DNA of 64,000 nt from Eubacteriales bacterium. Lineage in GTDB: Bacteria; Bacillota; Clostridia; Oscillospirales; QAKW01. Positions 26,430 through 36,060 of the stretch are shown in pieces. The stretch covers positions 2,831 through 66,830 of the forward strand of contig JAZQJA010000032.1 of NCBI GenBank assembly GCA_045541455.1, read 5' to 3'. The notes beneath the pieces were generated by a model. It saw only the letters and a program-made list of their open reading frames with translations. It was not told the origin of the DNA and made no database searches. Position 1 is the stretch's first letter. Each line of letters begins with the position of its first letter. Made by a program: the position numbers and the translations under genes.

Positions 26430-28152
26430 ATACGTCAAACCCTATCTGCCTTTTTTCATACTCGGTCCGTTGTGTATGATTGTAGAGGTAGTGGGTGAGG
26501 TGCTTATGCCCAAGTTTTTGTCAATGATAGTTGACAGTGGTGTTGCAAATGCTGACAGCATTTATATTGCCAAAATATGTGCACTTATGATACTCACAGC
26601 AATTTGTATGATGGCAGGCGGTGTCGGCGGTGCCTACTTCGGTGCAAAAGCGGCAGTAAATTTTGCTGCTGATGTCCGTCGTGATGTGTATGCAAAAATA
26701 CAAAAGTTCTCGTTTGCAAATATAGATAAGTTTTCAACCGGCTCGCTTGTCACCCGCCTTACAAACGATGTAACGCAAATTCAAAACTTTGTAAATACAC
26801 TGCTCAGAATGTTTTTGCGTGCCCCCGGTATGCTTATCGGCGCGCTGATTATGGCTATAACAATGCAGCCCAATCTTGCAGCAGTGCTTGCAGTGGCAAT
26901 TCCTGCAATTTTTGTTGTGCTTATATTTATAATTAAGGTAGGTTTTCCGCGTTTTGGTATGATGCAGTCTAAAATCGACGCGCTCAACTCAAACATACAG
27001 GAAAGCATAACAAATGTGCGCGTTGTAAAATCGTTTGTCCGTGAGGATTTTGAGGTTAAAAAGTTCCGTCACGCAAATGCCGACCTTAAAAATACCGGCA
27101 TCAGCGCAATGATGGTAATGATTTGTATGAATCCGCTGACTACCCTTATTATGAACTTTACAGTCGTTGCGGTTTTGTGGTTTGGCGGTAAAATGGTAAT
27201 GAACGGCGCCATGCCCGACGGTGACCTCATCGCGTTTATAAGTTATATCAATCAAATTTTGCACTCACTTGTTATGGTAACAATGATGTTTATGTTTTCA
27301 TCGCGTGCGCTCGCCGCAGGTAAGCGTATAGGCGAGGTGCTTGACGAGGATATTGATATTGACGACTTGCTTGCCAAAAACCCCAACGCGACCGTGACAG
27401 ATGGTAATATCGAATTTAAAAACGTTAGTTTTCGTTATTATAAAAACAGCGAGGGTAAGGTGCTTGATAATATAAACCTTACTATAAATTCGGGAGAAAC
27501 GGTAGGTATTATCGGCTCTACCGGCTGCGGCAAAACCACTTTGGTTTCGCTTATCGCCCGCCTTTACGATGCCGATGAGGGTGAGGTTTTGATTGACGGT
27601 GTAAATGTCCGTGATTACAGCCTTTATAACTTGCGTGAGGGCGTTGGTATGGTGCTGCAAAAAAATGTTTTGTTTTCGGGCAGTATTGAAGACAACTTGC
27701 GCTGGGGCGACGGTGATGCCACTGACGAACAAATAAAAACCGCTTGCCAAAACGCGCAGGCAGACCTCTTTATTTCAGGTTTTAAAGACGGTTATCAAAT
27801 GGAACTCGGTCAGGGCGGCACAAATGTGTCGGGCGGACAAAAACAGCGTCTTTGTATTGCGCGTGCGCTTTTGAAAAATCCAAAAATACTTGTGCTTGAC
27901 GACTCTACAAGCGCTGTCGACACAGCTACCGAGGCTAAAATTCGCTCTACATTTAAAAATCAACTTAAAAACAGCACAAAAATCATTATCGCACAACGCA
28001 TTTCGTCAGTTATCGACGCCGATAAAATCGTTGTTATGGACGACGGTGTTATAACCGGCATCGGTACACATTCGCAACTTTTGGAAAACAATACCGAATA
28101 CCGCGAAATTTATTACTCTCAAAATGAGAATAAGGAAGGGGGCGCGGCATAA
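26413..28152 (+). CDS. ABC exporter, fused TMD-NBD half-transporter (subunit 1)
   Basis: Six N-terminal TM helices. Walker A GSTGCGKTT, signature VSGGQKQR, Walker B LVLDDSTS. Confidence 0.9.
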   Translation: MKRWIKYVKPYLPFFILGPLCMIVEVVGEVLMPKFLSMIVDSGVANADSIYIAKICALMILTAICMMAGGVGGAYFGAKAAVNFAADVRRDVYAKIQKFSFANIDKFSTGSLVTRLTNDVTQIQNFVNTLLRMFLRAPGMLIGALIMAITMQPNLAAVLAVAIPAIFVVLIFIIKVGFPRFGMMQSKIDALNSNIQESITNVRVVKSFVREDFEVKKFRHANADLKNTGISAMMVMICMNPLTTLIMNFTVVAVLWFGGKMVMNGAMPDGDLIAFISYINQILHSLVMVTMMFMFSSRALAAGKRIGEVLDEDIDIDDLLAKNPNATVTDGNIEFKNVSFRYYKNSEGKVLDNINLTINSGETVGIIGSTGCGKTTLVSLIARLYDADEGEVLIDGVNVRDYSLYNLREGVGMVLQKNVLFSGSIEDNLRWGDGDATDEQIKTACQNAQADLFISGFKDGYQMELGQGGTNVSGGQKQRLCIARALLKNPKILVLDDSTSAVDTATEAKIRSTFKNQLKNSTKIIIAQRISSVIDADKIVVMDDGVITGIGTHSQLLENNTEYREIYYSQNENKEGGAA

Positions 28153-30023
28153 TGTCAGCACGCAGTATAGAAAAACTCCGTCAGCAATACCGTGGCACTT
28201 CCAATGCACCTGCAGGACGCGGCGGTCCCGGTGGACCGCGTGGACCGCGTGGCCGCGGACCCGGCGGTAAGCCTAAAAATATGCGCATTACAATGTCACG
28301 CCTTTTAAAATATCTGGCAAATTATAAATGGCGTATTATAACCGTTATAATATGTATGTTGTTTTCAACGCTTTCAAGCCTTGCAGGGTCCTACATTCTC
28401 CGCCCCGTAATCAATGGGCTTGTTGACCCTGATAAAACAGTCGGACAAAAACTTACAAGCCTTGTTTCAATGATAGTTGTAATGGTTGCAATTTATCTTG
28501 TTGGTGTGGTTTTTACCTACCTTCAACAGCGGCTTATGCTCGGCGTGTCGCAAAGCGCGATAGAGCGTATACGTAATGACCTTTTTGATAAAGTTCAAAC
28601 CCTGCCTGTCAGTTTTTTTGACAAAAACCCCACCGGTGAGGTTATGAGCCGTTTTACAAACGACGTTGATAACATCGGTATGATGCTTGACAGTTCGGTA
28701 GTATCACTCATTTCGGGTGCGGTTAATATAATCGGTACACTCGTGATGATGTTTTATACTAATATATGGCTTACCCTTATCACTATTTTCTTTACTCCCA
28801 TTTTTATTTTCGGCGGTAATGCCATTGCAAAGATAAGCCGTAAATATTACTCTGCACAGCAAGCCGCCCTTGGCGCCGTAAACGGATATATCGAAGAAAC
28901 CGTTTCCGGACAAAAGGTAATAAAGGTGTTTAATCATGAGGGCGTTTGTAAAGAGGAATTTGGTCTTTTAAATGAGGACTTGCGTGATAAACAGATAGGC
29001 GCTCAGTTCTGGGGCGGTATTATGGGTCCCATTCTCGGCAATACCTCGCAGATAAGTTATGCACTAACAGCAGGCATAGGTGGTATTCTTTGTGTGCTTG
29101 GCAAGTTTGACCTTGGCGGCCTTACCGTGTTTGTGCAGTATGCCCGCCATTTCTCAATGCCTATAAATAATATAGCACAGCAAATGTCGTCAATATTTTC
29201 GGCGCTTGCAGGTGCCGAGCGTGTGTTTGGCATTTTAGATCTTGAGCCCGAACCGTCAGACCGTGCCGACGCACAAAGCACAAAGGATATGAAAGGTTAT
29301 GTCGAACTTAAAAATGTCACTTTTGGCTATAATCCCGATAAGATTATTCTTAAAGATATTTCTCTTTATGCAAAGCCGGGCCAAAAAATTGCATTTGTAG
29401 GTTCAACCGGTGCGGGAAAAACAACAATAACAAACTTGCTTAACAGGTTTTATGATATTCAAAGCGGCTCAATCACCATAGACGGAATTGACATTCGCGA
29501 CTACAAGCGCTCACAACTGCGTGAAAAAATCGCTATGGTTTTGCAAGATACACATCTGTTTAGCGGTACCATACGCGAAAACATTCGCTACGGCAGGCTT
29601 GACGCTACCGATGAAGAGGTTATTGCAGCTGCAAAAACGGCAAGTGCACACAGTTTTATTATGCGTCTTGAACATGGGTATGACACCGTTATCGAGGGTG
29701 ATGGTGCAAACTTATCACAAGGACAGCGTCAACTACTCAACATTGCCCGTGCCGCACTTTCAAAAGCGCCGATACTTGTTCTCGACGAGGCAACAAGTTC
29801 GGTTGACACCCGTACCGAACGGCATATAGAACACGGTATGGACCGTCTTATGAAAGAACGTACTACCTTTGTTATTGCACACCGCTTGTCAACTGTTCGC
29901 AATTCAAATGCCATTATGGTTTTGGAACAGGGTGAAATTATCGAACGTGGTGACCACTACGATTTGTTAAAACAAAAAGGGCGTTATTACGAGCTGTATA
30001 CAGGCAAACGCGAACTTGATTAA
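28152..30023 (+). CDS. ABC exporter, fused TMD-NBD half-transporter (subunit 2) with a Gly/Arg/Pro-rich N-terminal extension
   Basis: Walker A GSTGAGKTT, signature LSQGQRQL, Walker B LVLDEATS. The start overlaps the upstream stop (TAATG). The N-terminus is GRGGPGGPRGPRGRGPGGKPKN. Confidence 0.9.
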   Translation: MSARSIEKLRQQYRGTSNAPAGRGGPGGPRGPRGRGPGGKPKNMRITMSRLLKYLANYKWRIITVIICMLFSTLSSLAGSYILRPVINGLVDPDKTVGQKLTSLVSMIVVMVAIYLVGVVFTYLQQRLMLGVSQSAIERIRNDLFDKVQTLPVSFFDKNPTGEVMSRFTNDVDNIGMMLDSSVVSLISGAVNIIGTLVMMFYTNIWLTLITIFFTPIFIFGGNAIAKISRKYYSAQQAALGAVNGYIEETVSGQKVIKVFNHEGVCKEEFGLLNEDLRDKQIGAQFWGGIMGPILGNTSQISYALTAGIGGILCVLGKFDLGGLTVFVQYARHFSMPINNIAQQMSSIFSALAGAERVFGILDLEPEPSDRADAQSTKDMKGYVELKNVTFGYNPDKIILKDISLYAKPGQKIAFVGSTGAGKTTITNLLNRFYDIQSGSITIDGIDIRDYKRSQLREKIAMVLQDTHLFSGTIRENIRYGRLDATDEEVIAAAKTASAHSFIMRLEHGYDTVIEGDGANLSQGQRQLLNIARAALSKAPILVLDEATSSVDTRTERHIEHGMDRLMKERTTFVIAHRLSTVRNSNAIMVLEQGEIIERGDHYDLLKQKGRYYELYTGKRELD

Positions 30024-30036
30024 AGAAGGTATAAAT

Positions 30037-30534
30037 ATGAAAAGCGAAAATCTAAAACAATTTATTATGGCAGCGCTGTTTGCTGCTCTGACTTTTGTTG
30101 CAACCTGCATAAGCCTGCCAATCGGCAGTTTCGGGTATGTCCATATCGGTGATGCCGTAATTTATTTTGCGGCAGCAACTCTGCCACTCGGCTATGCTTT
30201 GCCCGCAGCCGTTATCGGCGCAGGGCTTTGCGATTTGGCGCTCGGATATGTTGCATATATCCCTGCTACAGTTATTATAAAAGCGCTTATTGTACTTGCA
30301 ATTAAACTTATTATACGCATTTGCAACGGCAAGATAAAACCGCTTGCGGTAAGCCTTGCCGGTATTATAACGGTGCTTGGCTATTATTTTGCCGATGTTT
30401 TGCTTCTTATAATATCGGCAAGCGAAATGTCTGCCGCTTTCATGTCGTCACTAGGCGGCATAGGAATGAATTTCTTACAGGCACTTGCCTCTGCGGTGTT
30501 GTTTGCAGTGCTGTTAAAAGTAAAACCGAAATAA
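30037..30534 (+). CDS. Small multi-pass membrane protein, possibly an ECF-type S component
   Basis: About 165 aa with 5-6 hydrophobic helices. ATG at 30037 with an AGAAGG RBS. The family call is tentative. Confidence 0.45.
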   Translation: MKSENLKQFIMAALFAALTFVATCISLPIGSFGYVHIGDAVIYFAAATLPLGYALPAAVIGAGLCDLALGYVAYIPATVIIKALIVLAIKLIIRICNGKIKPLAVSLAGIITVLGYYFADVLLLIISASEMSAAFMSSLGGIGMNFLQALASAVLFAVLLKVKPK

Positions 30535-30543
30535 AAAAAGCCA

Positions 30544-30584
30544 AACGGAGATACTTCAAAGGAAGTATCTCCGTTGATTTTTTA
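30544..30584. terminator. Bidirectional terminator (hairpin family A, copy 1)
   Basis: Perfect 14-bp stem aacggagatacttc (30544-30557) / gaagtatctccgtt (30562-30575), loop aaag, then gattttttat. Nearly identical to 31631-31672. Confidence 0.8.
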
Positions 30585-30631
30585 TAAAAATCGTTTTGTT
30601 GAGATTTAAAAATGTTATGGTAGATAAACTA

Positions 30632-31123
30632 TTAAAACTCATTTTTTAAAATTGGCAATTTTATAACGTGTTTTCCTTTTTTTATGGCGTAATCAAGAGC
30701 AATCCTGGTTCCGCTTTTTCGGTTGACGGGTGAATTTTGTTCATCATAGTAAACGATACAAAATTGGCTGTTATTTATCATTTCATAGTTGCGCTTAATA
30801 TAAATTGCTCTGCCTGCGCCTATTATCTTTTCGGGATAATAGGTGTCTTCATAACTTTCTAAAAGATAACTTTTATAATGCTCACTAATATATGGATATT
30901 CCGCCCGCACATAAATTCGTTTTATGTGCGGGTATTTTTCTTTGATTTTTGTTACAAGGTCAAGACAGAAATCATTAAAACAACTTTTACTTCCGAAAAG
31001 AAAGGTATCAACATTTTCGTTTAAAATCATTTTTTCAACAATATCGTAAAGGTTTGTTTTTAATTCCTCGGTTTCAGTTATCAAACTATGACCAAAAACA
31101 CAACAAGTATGATATTTATTCAT
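30632..31123 (-). CDS. Divergent SLOG-superfamily (YpsA/DUF1273-like) protein
   Basis: 163 aa, similar in length and layout to the paralog at 44297..44815. Compare CCVFGHS with CFFTGHR, and FLFGSKSCFNDFCLD with FLCGGAVGFDQYAAN. The Gly-rich loop is degenerate here. Confidence 0.55.
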   Translation of the reverse strand: MNKYHTCCVFGHSLITETEELKTNLYDIVEKMILNENVDTFLFGSKSCFNDFCLDLVTKIKEKYPHIKRIYVRAEYPYISEHYKSYLLESYEDTYYPEKIIGAGRAIYIKRNYEMINNSQFCIVYYDEQNSPVNRKSGTRIALDYAIKKGKHVIKLPILKNEF

Positions 31124-31199
31124 ATTTTCACCTCTTAAAGAATACTATAAGCAAGAAAATTATGCTTTTTAATATTTATAGTATATCTATTTGGGTTAT

Positions 31200-31241
31200 C
31201 AATATCAATAGTATGTAGAATATTTATAACAATATCAATAG
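31200..31241. promoter_or_regulatory. Two 12-bp direct repeats in the divergent SLOG/XRE promoter region (candidate operators)
   Basis: caatatcaatag at 31200-31211 and again at 31230-31241, 30 bp apart centre to centre. Confidence 0.3.
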
Positions 31242-31263
31242 ACTCTAATATAGAGGTGATTTT

Positions 31264-31602
31264 ATGAGTGATTTAGCTAAAATTGTTGGTCAGCGTATCC
31301 GTAATTATAGAACGCAACTTGGCTTAAGTCAAGAAAAGTTAGCCGAACTTGCCGGTTGCCACCCGACATATATCGGTCAGTTAGAACGCGGAGAAAAGAA
31401 TGCCACATTGGAAAGTATTGATAAAGTTGCTTGTTCGTTAAAAATATCATTATCTAAACTTTTCGAGAATCTTGGCGGCGAAAACACTTCTGCTCGTAAT
31501 TTACCTCTTGAATGCTATGAGTTTTTATTAACAAAAAGTCAAGAAGAGCAAGAAAAGATTATTAAGATTCTTATGGAGATAGAACAATACAAAGATAACT
31601 GA
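31264..31602 (+). CDS. XRE family HTH transcriptional regulator
   Basis: RIRNYRTQLGLSQEKLAELAGCHPTYIGQLERGEKNATLESIDKVACSL. RBS GAGGTGA. Confidence 0.8.
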   Translation: MSDLAKIVGQRIRNYRTQLGLSQEKLAELAGCHPTYIGQLERGEKNATLESIDKVACSLKISLSKLFENLGGENTSARNLPLECYEFLLTKSQEEQEKIIKILMEIEQYKDN

Positions 31603-31630
31603 TTTATTAAAACAAAAATTACTCTGCTAT

Positions 31631-31672
31631 AACGGAGATACTTCCTTGCGAAGCATCTCCGTTAATTTTTAT
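31631..31672. terminator. Terminator (hairpin family A, copy 2)
   Basis: aacggagatacttc (31631-31644), loop cttgc, gaagcatctccgtt (31650-31663, one mismatch), then aatttttataaa. Confidence 0.7.
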
Positions 31673-31676
31673 AAAG

Positions 31677-31712
31677 AAAAATGACACTTTCGATTTTTGA
31701 AAGTGTCATTTT
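31677..31712 (-). terminator. Rho-independent terminator of the lepA-to-U32 operon
   Basis: 12-bp stem aatgacactttc / gaaagtgtcatt, with a T-run on the minus strand after the stop at 31739. Confidence 0.7.
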
Positions 31713-31738
31713 GGGTTAGATATCTTACGGAGTACAAA

Positions 31739-32950
31739 TTACGCTCTTAAAATATCGCCGTCTTTAATGTCAAACGGCATAGTTATAAAAAACTCTTGGT
31801 AGGGGTGCGGGCAACTGTCAATTACATTCATTTTGCTGTCAAACATATTTTCTATAACAAACGGGCGCCCTGTCATACCGGGCGATAAAACCTCGGCATT
31901 TTGCCCCACTGATACCTTGTTTTTTTGAATAAACTTTGCAAGTTTTGTATCTTTGTCATAACCTACGCAGTCGGCAAGGTATGCTTTTGATTCAAGATAC
32001 CCTGCGCTGTTTGCAAGTTTAGGGTCGTTTTGGGGTGTGTCAAAGAAAAATCCGGTGTCATATTCACGGTGTGATACACTTTCAAGTTCTAAAAGCCACC
32101 GCTCGTCAAACTGATACGCATTGGGGTTTTTAATGTAACTGTCAATTGCCAACCGATATGCGTTTGCAGTAACTGCGGCATAATAAGCGCTTTTCATTCT
32201 GCCCTCTATTTTAAAAGACGTAATACCGCTTTGCATAAGGGCGGGGATATGTTCTATCATACAAAGGTCTTTTGAGCCAAACAAAAGCGTGCCACGCTCC
32301 GACTGCTCTGCTGTAAGCGGCATTTCAGGGCGTTTTTCTTCGGCAAACTTGTAAATCCAACGGCACGGCTGTGCACAAGCGCCGCGGTTTGCATCTCTGC
32401 CTGTAAAGTGGTTGGATATAAAGCAACGTCCGCTGTAAGATATGCACATGGCACCGTGAATAAACGCTTCAAGTTCAAGCTCTTTTGGCGTTTTTGCACG
32501 TATATCTGCAATTTCGTCAAAAGTGAGTTCGCGCGACAGTACAACGCGCTTGGCACCAAGGTCCATATACATTTTAGCACTTTGCGCCGATAATACAGAT
32601 GCCTGAGTTGAAATGTGAATTTCGCGGTTGGGCGAAAGTTCCTTTACAAGTGACAGCACACCAAGGTCGGCAATTATGTATGCATCAAAATCAATATCTT
32701 CAATTTCTTTTAAATAGTTTGTAAGTGCAGGATATTCAAACGGGTGCAGCATAACATTAAGGGTAAGATACACCTTTTTGTTTCTTTGGTGACAGTATTG
32801 CACGGCGCTTCGCATTTCGTCAACCGAAAAACAGCCGGCAAGCGCACGCATACCAAACTGTTTTCCTGCAAGATAAACAGCGTCTGCACCGTAATGCACC
32901 GCCGCCTTTAACTTTTCAAAATTGCCCGCAGGCGATAATAATTCTACCAT
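31739..32950 (-). CDS. Peptidase U32 family protein
   Basis: VELLSPAGNFEKLKAAVHYGADAVYLAG N-terminus. GAMCISYSGRC and ANRGACAQPCRW cysteine segments are typical of U32. Confidence 0.85.
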   Translation of the reverse strand: MVELLSPAGNFEKLKAAVHYGADAVYLAGKQFGMRALAGCFSVDEMRSAVQYCHQRNKKVYLTLNVMLHPFEYPALTNYLKEIEDIDFDAYIIADLGVLSLVKELSPNREIHISTQASVLSAQSAKMYMDLGAKRVVLSRELTFDEIADIRAKTPKELELEAFIHGAMCISYSGRCFISNHFTGRDANRGACAQPCRWIYKFAEEKRPEMPLTAEQSERGTLLFGSKDLCMIEHIPALMQSGITSFKIEGRMKSAYYAAVTANAYRLAIDSYIKNPNAYQFDERWLLELESVSHREYDTGFFFDTPQNDPKLANSAGYLESKAYLADCVGYDKDTKLAKFIQKNKVSVGQNAEVLSPGMTGRPFVIENMFDSKMNVIDSCPHPYQEFFITMPFDIKDGDILRA

Positions 32951-33195
32951 TACTCACCAATCTCCGACAGTGCTTTTGCAAGTTGGTCGGGGCAGGAAGT
33001 TGACTTAAATCCGCACTTTATCCCCTCAAGTCTGTCTATAACTTCGCTTACTTCCATTCCCTCAACAAGCGCACAAATTCCCTGTGTGTTGCCGTTGCAA
33101 CCGCCTATAAATTCACAGCTTTTAACAATGCCGTTATCAACTTCAAAGCGTATTGCGCGTGAGCAAACGCCCTGCGTTTTATATTCATAAACCAT
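32950..33195 (-). CDS. Small TSCPD-domain 4-Cys protein (TIGR03905-like)
   Basis: 81 aa with YKTQGVCS, GGCNGN and the KSTSCPDQL motif. Start at the ATG 33193-33195 (AAAGGAG RBS). Overlaps the U32 start by 1 nt. Confidence 0.7.
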   Translation of the reverse strand: MVYEYKTQGVCSRAIRFEVDNGIVKSCEFIGGCNGNTQGICALVEGMEVSEVIDRLEGIKCGFKSTSCPDQLAKALSEIGE

Positions 33196-33197
33196 TT

Positions 33198-34250
33198 TTA
33201 ACACTCCTTTGCAGTTATGCTTGAAATAATTGTATTTGATAAGTAAAATCCTTTATCAGTAAGTATCAGCCGTCCGTCTTTGCGGGTGGCAAAACCGCCA
33301 GCTTCAAGTTGTAAAATAAACTTTTTGCTGTTTTGTAAATATTTAAGGTCTACACCCAAATCGGTGCGAAGCCCTAACATTATTTTTTCAAATAACGGGT
33401 CTGTTATCCGCTCACATTCATCAAAATCAAAGTTGTCTTTGTTTATAAATGTATTAATATCGCTTTTAAAACAGTAACGGTTACTGCCTATTTTTGAGTG
33501 TGCGGCAGGGCCCAACCCCAAATAATCATCGCCCGTCCAATAAGCACTGTTGTGTCTGCTTTCAAACCCGCGCTTGCAGAAGTTTGAAATTTCGTAGTGT
33601 CGGTAATCTTTAAGGCTTTCACACAAAATTTCGTACATCTGTGCTTCAAGTGCCTCGTTTGGCTTTGCAGTGTTATAAATGGGTGTGCCTTTTTCAATTT
33701 GCAGATTGTAGCATGAAATGTGCGGTATATCAAGCGCTTTAAGAGTTTCAATATTTTTTTTAAAACTTTGGGCACTTTGAGAGGGCAACCCGAAAATAAG
33801 GTCGCAGCTTATGTTGTCAAACCCACATTCCCGTGCAAGCAAAATTGTGTCAAGCGCCCGTTTACTGTCATGCAGTCTGCCAATTAATTTAAGTTCGCTG
33901 TCGCAAAGCGACTGAACCCCAATCGACAGCCGGTTTACCCCCACACTTTTAAGCGCTTGCAGTAATTGTCTGTCACAACTTTCAGGGTTAATTTCAACTG
34001 TTATCTCGGCATCTTTTTGCACATCAAAATACTTATAAACACTTTCGATAACCGGTATAAGCCTGTCCCCTAATATGCTCGGCGTTCCGCCGCCAATATA
34101 CAGCGTTTTTATCTTTTTACCGCCGTGAAACTTTACGCACCGTATAATTGCGTCGATATATTGCTCACGGTAATCGTCTGTGATTGAATAAAACGAGCAG
34201 TAAAAGCACTTGCGTTTGCAAAACGGGATATGAATGTAAAGTGAAACCAT
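33198..34250 (-). CDS. hemW: Radical SAM heme chaperone HemW (HemN-like)
   Basis: Begins MVSLYIHIPFCKRKCFYCSF (CxxxCxxC). Start at the ATG 34248-34250, 1 nt after the lepA stop. The longer track ORF overlaps lepA. Confidence 0.85.
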   Translation of the reverse strand: MVSLYIHIPFCKRKCFYCSFYSITDDYREQYIDAIIRCVKFHGGKKIKTLYIGGGTPSILGDRLIPVIESVYKYFDVQKDAEITVEINPESCDRQLLQALKSVGVNRLSIGVQSLCDSELKLIGRLHDSKRALDTILLARECGFDNISCDLIFGLPSQSAQSFKKNIETLKALDIPHISCYNLQIEKGTPIYNTAKPNEALEAQMYEILCESLKDYRHYEISNFCKRGFESRHNSAYWTGDDYLGLGPAAHSKIGSNRYCFKSDINTFINKDNFDFDECERITDPLFEKIMLGLRTDLGVDLKYLQNSKKFILQLEAGGFATRKDGRLILTDKGFYLSNTIISSITAKEC

Positions 34251-34251
34251 A

Positions 34252-36060
34252 TCAGTTGTCCGAGTCAAGTTTAAGTACCGCCATAAATGCTTCTTGCGGA
34301 ACCTCAACATTACCGAGTGAACGCATACGCTTTTTACCCTCTTTTTGCTTTTCAAGAAGTTTCTTTTTACGGGTGATGTCACCGCCATAGCATTTGGCAA
34401 GAACATCTTTTCTAAGCGCTTTTACCGTTTCACGCGCAATGATTTTACCGCCAACTGCAGCTTGAATGGGTATTTCAAACAACTGGCGCGGTATGTGTTC
34501 TTTAAGTTTTTCTGCCATTTTGCGAGCCCTGGGGTATGCCTTGTCGGTATGGACAATAAACGACAGTGCATCAACCACTTCTCCCGACAGCATAATGTCA
34601 AGTTTAACAAGTTTTGACACCTTGTAGTCTGACAACTCGTAATCAAGAGATGCATAACCGCGTGTGCGGGATTTCAGAGTATCAAAAAAGTCGTATACAA
34701 TTTCGCCCAAAGGCAGTTCGTAGTGTATATTTACACGGGTTGTGTCGAGGTATGTCATATCTTTAAATATGCCGCGTCTGTCTTGACACAGTTCCATAAT
34801 GTTGCCCACAAATTCCTCAGGCGCTATTATATCCGCTTTGACATACGGCTCAAGCGTCTGTGCAATTTCTGCAGGGTCTGGGTAGTTTGTCGGGTTTGAG
34901 ATATATTCCTTTTCGCCGTTTGTCTTTTCTACAAGATAGGAAACAGATGGTGCAGTGGTTATAATGTCCAGCATAAACTCGCGTTCAATACGCTCTTGAA
35001 TAATTTCCATGTGCAGCAGTCCCAAAAAGCCGCAGCGGAAACCAAAACCGAGTGCCGCCGAGGTTTCGGGCTCAAACATAAACGAAGCGTCGTTGAGTTT
35101 GAGTTTTGCAAGCGCGTCTTTAAGGTCGTCGTATTTTGCGCCGTCTGCAGGATAAATACCCGAAAACACCATTGGCGTACACTCTTTATAACCTGCAAGC
35201 GCCGTTTGGCATGGGCGGTCAGCGTGCGTTACGGTGTCGCCCACACGAGTGTTTTCAACATTTTTAATTGATGCTGTAAAATAACCTACATCGCCTGCTT
35301 TAAGTATTCCTGTTTGTTCAAGGCCGAGCGGGCGCATAAAGCCGCATTCTACAACTTCAAATTCTGCACCTGTCGCCATCATACGAATAACATCACCCGT
35401 TTTCAAAGTGCCGTCCATCATACGAATGTAAACGATAACGCCCTTGTAACTGTCATAATAACTGTCAAAAATGAGTGCTGAAAGCGGTGCATTGTCGTCA
35501 CCTGTCGGCGCCGGTATGTTTTGTACTACCGCTTCAAGCACCGATTCCATATTAATATTCATTTTAGCCGATACGAGAGGCGCATCCTCTGCAGGAATTC
35601 CGATAATATCCTCAATTTCGTGTATAACGCGCTGAGGGTCGGCAGACGGCAGGTCAATTTTGTTAATTACAGGTACAAGTTCTAAGTTGTTGTCAAGTGC
35701 GATGTAAGTGTTGGCAAGTGTTTGCGCCTCAATACCTTGTGAAGCGTCAACTACAAGTACTGCCCCCTCACAAGCCGCCAAAGCGCGCGAAACCTCGTAG
35801 TTAAAGTCAACATGTCCAGGTGTGTCAATAAGGTTAATTGTATACAGTTTACCGTCTTTTGCCCTGTAGTCAAGGTGGACAGCGCGTGCTTTTATTGTAA
35901 TTCCGCGTTCGCGCTCGAGCTCCATATTATCAAGTAATTGGTTTTCCATTTCACGTTGCGTAACGGCATTACAAATTTCAAGCAGTCTATCGGCAATAGT
36001 TGATTTTCCGTGGTCGATATGTGCTATTATAGAAAAATTTCTTGTATTCTCTTTACTCAC
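34252..36060 (-). CDS. lepA: Translation elongation factor 4
   Basis: 602 aa with [20 protein letters not shown] and NKID. The C-terminal domain is typical of LepA. Confidence 0.95.
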   Translation of the reverse strand: MSKENTRNFSIIAHIDHGKSTIADRLLEICNAVTQREMENQLLDNMELERERGITIKARAVHLDYRAKDGKLYTINLIDTPGHVDFNYEVSRALAACEGAVLVVDASQGIEAQTLANTYIALDNNLELVPVINKIDLPSADPQRVIHEIEDIIGIPAEDAPLVSAKMNINMESVLEAVVQNIPAPTGDDNAPLSALIFDSYYDSYKGVIVYIRMMDGTLKTGDVIRMMATGAEFEVVECGFMRPLGLEQTGILKAGDVGYFTASIKNVENTRVGDTVTHADRPCQTALAGYKECTPMVFSGIYPADGAKYDDLKDALAKLKLNDASFMFEPETSAALGFGFRCGFLGLLHMEIIQERIEREFMLDIITTAPSVSYLVEKTNGEKEYISNPTNYPDPAEIAQTLEPYVKADIIAPEEFVGNIMELCQDRRGIFKDMTYLDTTRVNIHYELPLGEIVYDFFDTLKSRTRGYASLDYELSDYKVSKLVKLDIMLSGEVVDALSFIVHTDKAYPRARKMAEKLKEHIPRQLFEIPIQAAVGGKIIARETVKALRKDVLAKCYGGDITRKKKLLEKQKEGKKRMRSLGNVEVPQEAFMAVLKLDSDN

